DNA from: Lytechinus pictus
Taxonomy: Eukaryota
Direction of reading: 5' to 3'
Assembly: GCF_037042905.1 (NCBI RefSeq)
Contig: NC_087251.1
Coordinates: forward strand, 13,144,001-13,208,000
Length of the DNA stretch: 64,000 nucleotides
Position 1 is the first letter of the stretch. Each line of letters opens with the position of its first letter. Made by a program: the position numbers and the translations under genes. Shown here in pieces: positions 53,764 through 64,000 of the stretch. The notes beneath the pieces were generated by a model. The model saw only the letters and a list, made by a program, of their open reading frames with translations, was not told the DNA's origin and made no database searches.

Positions 53764-55822
53764 TCTTTTACTTCTTTCAATGTATTTTTATTAAAAATGT
53801 ACCATATGAATCGATGTACATTGTATAAACCCCCTTCCCATTTTATAAAATTTTCCCATATTCCTATTCAATTTCCTTTTCACTTTTAAAGAGGCAAATT
53901 TCTGAATGCTATAATTGCATATTTATTTACCATTTGATATTTACAGTTTTCTACATGATTATGATTACGAACTTTATTTTTTGTAATTCTTGGTTCATTG
54001 CCAAATACAATGGATGGTATTCTTATAGTATTACATTATTAGTTAACCATACATGTAGATTAGCTTTGACCACACTGTCATAGAGTACATTATTTCAATC
54101 TAGCTGTGGAAAAGAGCCAAAGTTACCTGTACAATGACATAAGAAGGTAAAAATGGTATTTAAGTATAGCAGGTTCAATGGATTCTTTGGTATGATACAA
54201 GTTTATCTATGCCATGGGTTTTTAATATCAAAGATAAAACATAAGTCTATACTTGAATATGGCTTAACTTTTGAGAATATCACCCATTATAATTGTTTTT
54301 GAGATTTTCATTTGTAATATTTCTATACTAAATAGCAGGAATATCTTTAATTCAAGTTTGCATGAATGTCTCATGTACATGTACTTATAATTTGTGTATT
54401 GTAAAAAGATAGAGCAAAGTGCAATATTAAAATGAAGAAACTTAAGAAATGTTTCCAGTTCATCATCTTTGTAATTTTCCTTTGGAAATCAGTTAAAATA
54501 TCATATATCCTCTTTTATGACTAATTTAGGTGAAAATATTGGTTTTAATTTAAAGAATTTTTATTTTATTCTATAGGCCAAATAAGTTGGACTGAATTTT
54601 CATGCGTATGATGTAATATATAGGAACAAAGGAAGCATTGACACAATGTAAAATCAATTGAATAAAATTGTTTATGTCCATTTAATAGTATAAATTCATT
54701 CACAAAATACAAATTTGTTTGTATAGAACAATCCATATCCTGACTGACAGGAACACAAAAAATGTGCTCAAACAAAAATGATAGTTTGGTGCAAATTTTA
54801 TGTTGAGCCTCAAAGAAGAATAATCTTTGGAGTGATAATATAATAGCCAAAAAGCGCTCCATCCAATTTAAATAGCTAATTGAATGGCTAAAAATCTTGG
54901 TTTTTTTTACACTTTCAATATTAATCTCCTGACAAGAGGCAAGTTTGAAACCCTATATAGAGATACTTCCTAGATACTAGTATTGAATTTGTCAGACTCA
55001 TCAACTTTCACATGAATATGACACCATTTCCCTCTTACACTGTTCATAATATACATGTTCCATTTATCACTTCACATGATGAAATCCATTATCTCACTTT
55101 GTCTAGAAAGAGCCTGTAGCAAGCATATAGTAGGACAGCTAATCAGTTAATTTAGCTTTGCCCCAGAGATGAAAGTATAACAAGCCTCTAAAAACAAAGG
55201 TTACCTAAATATAATATCAATCAAGACTTGAGTCATACCCAAATTAAAAACAAAAATACATTGAAAATAAAGGGCTGATGCACAGAACTGTAATAAGGTC
55301 AATCATAATATCTCGAATCCCAAATTGTTGGTGTCAATGAACAATGTTAATGGTTTAAATTTTATGAAATCGAATACACCAAGCATTAGGCTATATCCAA
55401 CGAGTTGGCACTACCTTACAGATGAAAGGGGGGGGGGGTGCTCTACCTTTGCAGGGTGGGAGAAACACCTACAGGGATTACTTGCCCCACCCCCTCAATG
55501 TTCAAGGTAAGCTCAGTGACCTAACAAGGATTACTTTTTATTTATTTTTTATTTAGAGCTCAAATTTAAGGCAACAAAATGCCCATAGACTCTCTAGTGC
55601 CATCACTATAAACACTTGTGCGAGTTTCCATATTTCTATATTAAGAGCTACATGTAGATGCCCCCACTCATGCAGAGGTAAAATGAATACCAGTAACCTG
55701 CGTTATGAAATCTTTAAAAAAACATGATTATATACTATCACTGTTATTCCAACTATTCAAAGTGGATTTTCCAGTTTTCATGAATTGTCCAAGATAAAAG
55801 TATCCTCCAAAATATTTAAGTA

Positions 55823-57031
55823 TCATTTTGATGGTTCATCTTCCTTGGGTGCATCGAGTAACGCTGATCTGATTCCGACTTTCTTTAGTTCATCAATCAA
55901 GTCACCTGTCTGATGCATCTGAATCATGATGTCACATCCTCCTACAAACTCACCATCCAAATAAATCTGAGGGATTGTCGGCCATTCTGAGTATTCCTTG
56001 ATACCTGTGTGGTTGAACAATTAGATGATATATTTTTTAGCAGATTTATATCCAATTGTAAAAATCTAATGAAAAAAAAAATATTTGGCCAAGTCTCCAG
56101 TAATTTAATTCCTGTTCCTCATTTTTCAAAAAATTCCCTATCCCAATACAAAAGACCAATTTTCCTTTTCACATTTTCTTGTAATGACTGGATTTTAGAG
56201 GCCAACAGTATTATCAGGTTATGATCGATTCAACCAAAATATAACTGCATGTGCATGTATGACTGAGTAATATCAATTTGATCAATCTGTCTTTATCGAT
56301 CAACGTTTTACTTTTTTTTTAATTTATGTGAGCTAATGACTGATGAGTTGCAAGTTAAATTAAGTTTAATGAAGAGATTGCCAAATGTCAATGTATCTAT
56401 ACGAGAATTAAAAACTTTCTAAAAATCTTTATATTGGTATTCATTAAAACTTGAATATGTAACAAAGATCTAACTACCGTAAATAATGTAACGTTCAGTC
56501 TTGTAGAAAATAAAAATATTCAAACTCAACATACTCAAAGCAAAACATGTTACGGAAAAACAGTGACGACAAAATGGGGAAAAGGGGGAAGCAACTATTT
56601 GCCTAGACCAAAAGCTTCGGTCTCTGTTATGTTGGTTGTTCAGCTGAACTCCGTTGGCTTCACTCACCGAGGAGAAATAAAAAAAAAAAAAAAAGTTAAA
56701 AAACTCCTCGAAACAGACGGCTGCCAGCTGTCTACTATTTGCCATGTTAAATACCTTGCCGCAGGTCATCATCCTCTAAGATGTTATGACTTTCATAGCT
56801 GTCCACTCCATGCATCCTCAAGATCTGTACAACAGCATTGCTGAATCCACACTGCGGCTGCTCTGGAACACCCTTCATAAACACGACCACCTTATTCCCC
56901 TGAACTAGCCCGTCGATCCGCTCTTTCAGCTCCGATGAAAGCAATCGTAGCTGGCAGAGTGAAAGACCGGTCGCCTGGAAACTACGAAAAAGCCTCGAAG
57001 ACGGCCGAATAATTTGAGTAAACAGCGACAT
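55823..57031 (-). CDS. GLRX5: Monothiol glutaredoxin 5, mitochondrial (152 aa, 2 exons)
   Basis: Exons 57031-56755 and 56004-55823 (phase-1 intron, GT-AG). Arg/Ser/Leu-rich presequence, VVVFMKG..PQCGFS active site, [29 protein letters not shown]. Confidence 0.97.
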
Positions 57032-57440
57032 GATCTTTTTCTATGATTAAAGCTGGTGATGTAATTATGAAAATATGAACTAATGAAGCAAAAGAGACAG
57101 AATTTATGACGAAGTGGAGATTATGAAAAATTACGCAATTTCTGAGGCATGTAAAAACTAGTCTTTTTATTTACGTAGGTATCGTGGAAATGTGATTTTA
57201 AAAATTATTTCATACCTCATTAATCGTTATCTTATCATGATTATTTTTTTCTATTTTTTAAATTAAGCTTACAATTTAAACACTCGGATACTAATTTGAA
57301 ATACTTTCAGACTTGGCTTATCAATAAAAAATGTACGAGAAAAATTTAGAAATGACTACAAAAAGACTATTGTAAACGTTCCGGCAGATAATGTTCTGCA
57401 ATTTTTTTACGTCAGAAAAGGTGGTAACTTTCTTGTAAAA
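57032..57440. promoter_or_regulatory. Bidirectional promoter region shared by GLRX5 and OPA3
   Basis: Divergent start codons only 409 bp apart. Confidence 0.7.
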
Positions 57441-59882
57441 ATGGTTTTCCCGATAATAAAACTTGGAACTCTTGCAGTGAAGCAGATCAGCAAACCCATG
57501 TCCAAAGCGATTCGAAATATGGCTAGGAATAGTCCATTTATGAGGAAATATGTGTGCATGCCTCCTGCCCAGTGTAAGTAATAATATCATCAGACATCAA
57601 TATCAGTATATGGGACTGTGATAAACTAAAGCCCAGAATGGAATTGCTTATTGCCGATATGGCGATAATGCAACGCAATGTGATTGAGACTGAGAGATCT
57701 ATTATTTGATTGTTTGAGGGCGTGGCTCTACACAACATAGAGAGAGAGGGGGGAGTTTAATTTTTAAGGTTTGATACATATTTTGATTGAAATGGAGTGA
57801 TTGAACACGTCATTGAAATTTGAATTGACTTCAAATTTCAATGACGTGTTCAATCACTTCATTTCAATTAAAATGTATACTACTTACTAGGCCTAATACA
57901 AAAAAAATGCTTTAGTATACTAATGCTAACCTCGCACTAGTGTGAGTGAAAATATGACTGTATCAAACCTTGAAAATTAAACTTCCCCCTCTCTTTCTAT
58001 GTTAAGTAGAGCCACGCCCTCAAACAATCAAATAATAATAGATTGCCTTTGGTTTTGACTTTTTGGCAATTGAGTTTTGGGATCACAGAACGGAAATCTG
58101 TTTGAATAAGACTTTGATCTAACCCTTTAGTGTACGTGCACTTAGGGTCTACATCCACTCACACGTATTGCGAGGTTAGTATTAGTATACTAACCTCGCA
58201 CCACGAACCGCGTTTGGCAGTGGATTTCTAACTAGTGGGTCGCGCGTGCTGGGATCTCACTTCTTGGGTCCACAACACACGACTTCTTTGGCTTGATTTT
58301 TCTGTGCGTGGCGGCATGTGATGAACCCTTGGGTGGGTCTACATCCACCTTAGGCCAAGTGTGTCCTGGATGTAATACTGGATATTGTGATCTGAAGAAA
58401 AAAAAACCCCTTTGACTGACTTAGGACTTCCATTGTAGGTGATTATTTGACTGGAGCAGAGTCTATCCAGAGTCGTCTGCTGTATGTCAGTGGATCGTAT
58501 TAATTGCCAAAGTAACACTTTTCATAAATTCAATTTACAAACAAAATTTTCTCATGAATTCATCAAACTTCCACCATCAGTACACATATACCTACAAAAA
58601 ATAAAGATATAATATTTTACGCCAAGATCAGTATCTTTTCTTTTTTTAAAGATATCAGCTTCTGATCCCACCCCTCTTTGCATGTGATTTTTGGTCATTA
58701 GCTTTGGAAGGATATTGGAAACTTTTAAGCATATTGAAACTATTTCCTGATGCGTAAATGCGCAGGTTACGGTTAGTATGGCAAGTTCTCCCAAGTCTGC
58801 GCAGTCCCCCTTGTCTGCGCACACGCGTATCTGCGCGATTCGAGTAAAAGAAGATACGCAACGAGCACGAACTTTTCACATGCAATACATAGACAGGTAT
58901 TCATAAAAACATCTGACTCAAAATGGTGGAAAAATAATGAATTTAGGGCATTTCATGTGACGGCCTCAAAATGCAGCCTTTCTCATCAAAATCCCCGAAT
59001 TGTGTGCGAAGTGAATGAGTGCGCAGACATGGGGTATCATTTTTTATCAATCTGAAAATGACTGCCCGAGGTTTTTTCAAGAAATTCCTATATTTTCTTT
59101 CATTTTTTAATGAGAAATTTGGTACACTTACTCTTAATAATATAAGGAACATTATTAAATGAAAGATTTTGTGAAATAAGAAGAAATTCATGTTAAATTT
59201 TAACTCAAACTGTTAGGTGCGCAGACTTGGGGCCCACCATAATACTAGTTTTGTTTAATTTATATTCAACATTTGTTACGAAATTTCATTGATTTGTCTG
59301 TATTATCGATTATATTGAATATGTACTGTTACTTTGATTATATTTTGAAAAAATTGTTGAACGGAAATAAATAAATCTAAATCTAAATCTACTACAGTCA
59401 CTAACTATACTTGTGCTGAGTTCATTACATGTTCCTTTGTAAAGGACTTGTCAGGTGTCTTTTTTTTTTTATGTTGATCATGTCGATGGTTTTGAATTGC
59501 AGTGTCATGAACTTTTATTTCAACCCATGTTCCGATCTTATCAACAGTTTACCATTGGTTGGATGTGAACCTGAGAATGCGAATTCTTGGTCTGGGAAAA
59601 GCAACTGAAGTGAAACCTTTAAGCAATGAAGCAGCTGTAGAACTAGGGGCAGAGATCATCAGTGAAAGTTTTCTTTTTTCTGTAGCAACAGGAACAATCG
59701 CATTTGAATATTGGAGATCATCGAAAAAAGAAGAAAAACATGAATCCCAACAAAGCTTGGATATAAAGAAACTACAATCGCAGGTTCAAGAGCTTGGACT
59801 CCTCATTGAAGAACAAGATGCAAAGTTACGTGAATTCAATAGATTATTAGTGGAATATGCACCCTCTTCAAAGAAAAAATGA
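57441..59882 (+). CDS. OPA3: Optic atrophy 3 protein homologue (155 aa, 2 exons)
   Basis: Exons 57441-57573 and 59548-59882 (phase 1). MVFPIIKLGTLAVKQISKPM..YVCMPPAQFYHWLDVNLRMRILG..KPLSNEAAVELGAEIISE..EYWR, followed by a C-terminal coiled coil. Confidence 0.95.
57701..58200. repeat. Nested/interleaved inverted repeats in the OPA3 intron
   Basis: Outer arms 57701-57778/57960-58036; inner hairpin 57777-57878; a further pair at 57915-57949/58156-58191; palindrome 58169-58200. Confidence 0.8.
58780..59240. mobile_element. DNA-transposon-like repeat fragment
   Basis: Repeated inverted motifs CCCAAGTCTGCGCA / TGCGCAGAC(T/A)TGGGG; boundaries uncertain. Confidence 0.45.
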
Positions 59883-60828
59883 ATATAGTTGTAGTTTTTT
59901 TTATATTTGTATAAAAAATAATTTATATAATGAATAAAGGTAATTAAGTAATAAATGAATATTATTTGGTGCTTGTTTTGTACCTATGTGTGCAAGCTTT
60001 CAATTTGAGATTGATCTACAATAAGGGGGTTATGGATTTGTGATTTATCTCATATTTCTTAGCCCTGTTTGAAGAAGTAAACAGCAATATACTCTGTAGT
60101 TTGAAAAGTCGTTGGAAAGGTTGTTGATTTTCTCCTATGTTGTTATCACTTATTCAGGGCTTAAACTAATCCTAGGTCATGGCTTTGGATGCCCTGCTGG
60201 CTAGCCTTGATACCCTGTCTTAAAGATTTATTTAGCCCTTTTTTATTCTTTCCAATTTCTGCTGAAATATAGAAATGTGCCCTAAGGAATATTGGCCTTG
60301 CCCTGAAAACATAGAAATTTAAAGCTTGATTATCGGAAATGAATTGCAATATTCTGACAATGTGAGCAACAATTTTTGTTTTGTTTTTTCTCCTTTTTAA
60401 TTTAATTTTGTGTGATTATATTTGTTCTCCTTTGATAACAAAATTGAATTGATAATCTGCTTTTCAGTATAGGCCTACATGTATCTCTTAACAGCAAAGA
60501 AATGTTAAATATTTAGGGCTGAATTGAAGGATCAGCAAGTTTGAAATAGAGCTTATCGATTTAAAGTGGTTACATGACATTTTCTCCATTGACAATACTC
60601 TTGTTGAAAACCTGCAGTTTGAGGCAAATATAGAATCTATCCCAAACACAACCTCGACGCTAATAATTATAAACCTCCCACTATTTTTAATCATGTCATA
60701 ACTAATGCTAACCAACTTTCTTCAGAAAATCAATGCAAGAGCCATTGATAGCAGTTTTTGATTACTAATTATAGTGTAATTGGAAATATGTTATGCAATG
60801 TGAGACAATCATAGAGTTATATAACACC

Positions 60829-61391
60829 CCCGGGGGGCCACTTCCATTGACGAGTGGATACCATGCGCGACCATGTGGTCTCAAAAAGCACCCTAAACAC
60901 GTATTTTCCATATTCTGAAAATGCACCCCTTAACAAGTATTGGCATTTGAAACCCTACCCTTCACAAGTAATGGAAACAAAATGATACTATTATAGCAAG
61001 TATTCCCTGAAATGAACCCCTAAACAAGTACAGTGATATTTTATTGTTATGTCACGGGTCCGTCGGTCGTCGGTTTTACCTTTACACACCGGTTTAGTAC
61101 AGCCCCACCTTCCACACCTCTTGCAAATCGGACTCTAAACACGTAGTGTTGGGGCAAAAAGGACATCTTTTATAAAACATTTTAATTTTGTTTTATCATC
61201 CTCGCAAATTTGACCTTAAACACGTAGCTCTCCTATCGAAATAGATACCCTTTTTTCATTATTTTTTGTGTTTTTGACACCCTTATCACGTTACGTACGT
61301 ATCGTGCCCTATCTTGAAAAAGACATCCTTTTTACGTGTTTTATTGGTCGCGCATGGTATCCACTCGTCAATGTAAGTGGCCCCCCCTGGG
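60829..61391. mobile_element. MITE with ~45-bp TIRs and 8-bp TSD (hAT/P-like)
   Basis: CCCGGGGGGCCACTTCCATTGACGAGTGGATACCATGCGCGACCA / TGGTCGCGCATGGTATCCACTCGTCAATGTAAGTGGCCCCCCCTGGG. TSD ATAACACC at 60821-60828 and 61392-61399. Confidence 0.92.
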
Positions 61392-61656
61392 ATAACACCA
61401 CACACACAAATCTGTAATTGTCTTGAACATGACAGATTATTAAATAAATACATGTAGTTTGTTGAATTACATACAAATTTAGTGTTTTTTACTGGTTTTA
61501 CCCATCTGCATAAAATATGAAAATATGAATGTACATGCGATAGCGTTAACAACGTACCGGTACTTAATTTAGTCAGAATATATGTGTTCAATATTGCAAT
61601 GATCTAGAATATTTCAGGAGGTGATGGTACAGTATACAAATAATAATTGTTTATGA

Positions 61657-61776
61657 GTGCAATGGACAAAATACTTCATGAGGTGAAAGATGAAATGATC
61701 CATTCAACGAGGCGTAGCCGAGTTGAATGGGTCATTATTTCATCTTTCACCGAATGAAGTATTCTGTCCATTGCAC
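61657..61776. repeat. 120-bp imperfect palindrome (repeat-derived hairpin)
   Basis: GTGCAATGGACAAAATACTTCAT..GGTGAAAGATGAAAT..CCATTCAAC / GTTGAATGG..ATTTCATCTTTCACC..ATGAAGTATTCTGTCCATTGCAC. Confidence 0.85.
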
Positions 61777-62243
61777 GAATGAAAAAAACATTATTTGGTT
61801 TATATGACACCTAAAAATTTGATTTTTTTTTTTTCATAATAAAATTTATGAATTTCGATGCAAAACATGCTCATGCAGTGCGAGTTCGGTCTGATGATTG
61901 ATACGTCATTATCAAATCATAATGCAAAAAGGGTGCATTTACCAACATAAATTTAACATTCTTTCAAATATTATACAATACTGGCATCTAATAGAATGTG
62001 TATGAAAAATATATATCCCTATGTATTAAATATTTGAACTCCTTTGGCAGTTATCTGTTATTCTTGAAGGTGTTGTTAAACCTTCATTTAAAAGATAAAT
62101 GTGATGTAAACTACTTCATTTCTTTCTGAGATTATGTGTATGGTCTTGGTTTAATCACCCTGTCATTTTGCGTTGGTTGCAGAACAATTATATTTTCAAA
62201 TCTGCCATCTGATTGTTTATATCCTACTCCTTAAAATTTCATA

Positions 62244-62849
62244 TTCAAAGACAAGTCCACCCCAATAAAAAGTTTATTTGAATAAAAAGAGAAAAATCCA
62301 AAAAGCATATCACTGAAAATATCATCCAAATCTGATGTAAGATAAGAAAGTTATGATATTATTTAGTTTGACTTAATTTCACAAAATAGTTACATGCACG
62401 TTCTGGTCTATATGCAAATAAGGGAACTGATGACACCACTCACTATTTCTTTTGTATTTTATTATATGAAATATGGAATATTCTAATTTTCTCATTGTCC
62501 TGTGAAATAAGAGTTTCATTCCTCCCTGAACATGTGGAATTACAATTGTTTTAACATTTTATGGTTCGGTCAAGTTGGTCCTTATTGTAAGATATGTAGA
62601 ATTTGAAATATTGTATAATTCGAACAATAAAAAACAAAAGAAATAGTGACTGAGGGACATCATCAACTCTCTCATTTGCATGCCACTGAGTTGTGCATAT
62701 AACTGTTTTGTGAAAAATTAGCAAAATACTAAAATACCACAACTTTCTTATTTTACATCTGATTTAGATAAAATTTTTAGCGTTATGTTTATTTGATTTT
62801 TCTGTTTCTATTTAAATCAACATTTTTCAGGGGTGGATTTGACCTTTAA
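62244..62849. mobile_element. Non-autonomous DNA transposon with TTAA-type ends (Kolobok-like)
   Basis: TTCAAAGACAAGTCCACCC ... GGGTGGATTTGACCTTTAA, plus subterminal inverted blocks (AAGAAAGTTATG / ACAACTTTCTT). Confidence 0.65.
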
Positions 62850-64000
62850 ATTTTAGAATTCAGAAGGTTAATAATTTCAGTTTCATGGCTTTCTTTCAGT
62901 AATCATGGGCATCTTCCCATCCCCACCACCCCTGAAAATCAAATAAAATGAAACCTCAAGTTTGCAGACGTCCCATTGAAAGATGTATTAATTATGTAAA
63001 CATGTTTTTGTGAGTTGCAACCAGTTTTGTGCAACCATCCCCAGATAATAATTAATGTGTTGTGTTCCACCAATGCTGAGCATGTTCCTCTGTAGCAGCA
63101 GGTTTCACAAAAGTATTATGATCTATTCAAAAGATGTAGCAGAATGTGAAAGTGATAATATGACATGATCCATTACTTACTGGAGATGCAAAGAAATTAG
63201 ATACTTATATTTTTGTAAAAAAACAAACTGCATGAAAAGAAGTTGTCTTTACATTGCTACCATGTTTTATTTTCACAAATACTTCCGATATATTCATAAT
63301 TGATAAGTATATTGGACTGGAAGTTTTCTAGAAAAAAAATGTATGCAGCATATGTGCATGAAAATAAAACAGCTAGGCTTTTTGAATGCATGATTTATTG
63401 TGTAACATCAATATTTCTGACACTGTACCTCATTGCATTGTGATGAGAAGTAATGATTCAAAAGAATGCTTTGAAAGTTTGTGATGGTGATGTGTGTGTG
63501 TGTGTGGGGATGGATTCCATGTATGTATTTGGGGGAAGGGCATGCATGTAAGGGATGGATTTTATCATGTACAAGAGCAGGGCTCCCAGCTTTTCAAGAA
63601 AACCAAATTCCCTGATAATTATTTAAACCCATTCCAAGTTTTGCATCTTTTCTATTAAAGTTGTTACAGTGAATTACATGTCTTTTCAGTATAAAAATAA
63701 TGTATAACTAATTAGTACCACCATATCAAGTCATTCAATGGATGTTGCTTTGGTATACAACAAAATATAATAGAGTGTGACTGACTACCGTGCTTTCGAC
63801 TTTTTGGGCTGATCAAAATTCCCTGATTTTCCCTCATTTAAGGCATTTTCCCTGATTTTTAGTACTTGACACATTGCTAATCAGATCATAGCTACGATAT
63901 TAAGTGAAGATTCCTCCAATTTTATTAACAAAATGTAATTACACTTTAAATCACATCACACAATATGATATTTTTTTCATATAAAATGCTATTTTACAAA

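Overview
AT-rich, intron-rich animal genomic DNA. The gene structures and repeats (tRNA-derived SINEs, Tsp/HINE-like elements, many MITEs) suggest an invertebrate deuterostome, probably a sea urchin (inference). I reconstructed four complete spliced genes by hand with consistent GT-AG sites and phases. (1) An 18-exon, ~829-aa gene (8852-26330, +) that joins an N-terminal CFAP97/Hemingway (KIAA1430) ciliary domain to a full four-repeat annexin core with degenerate Ca2+ sites, followed by a basic Pro-rich and then acidic C-terminal tail. This is the most unusual item in the window. (2) EXOC5/Sec10 (19 exons, ~711 aa, 29590-48748, +), with a candidate alternative first exon. (3) GLRX5 (2 exons, -) and (4) OPA3 (2 exons, +), arranged head-to-head 409 bp apart. 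A probable last exon of an upstream gene lies at 584-748. The rest is intron/UTR/intergenic DNA with many non-autonomous transposons. One hAT-like element carries a 55-bp copy of the neighbouring gene's last splice acceptor. Most ORFs in the supplied track are spurious. All homology calls come from recognising sequences by eye; no searches were run.
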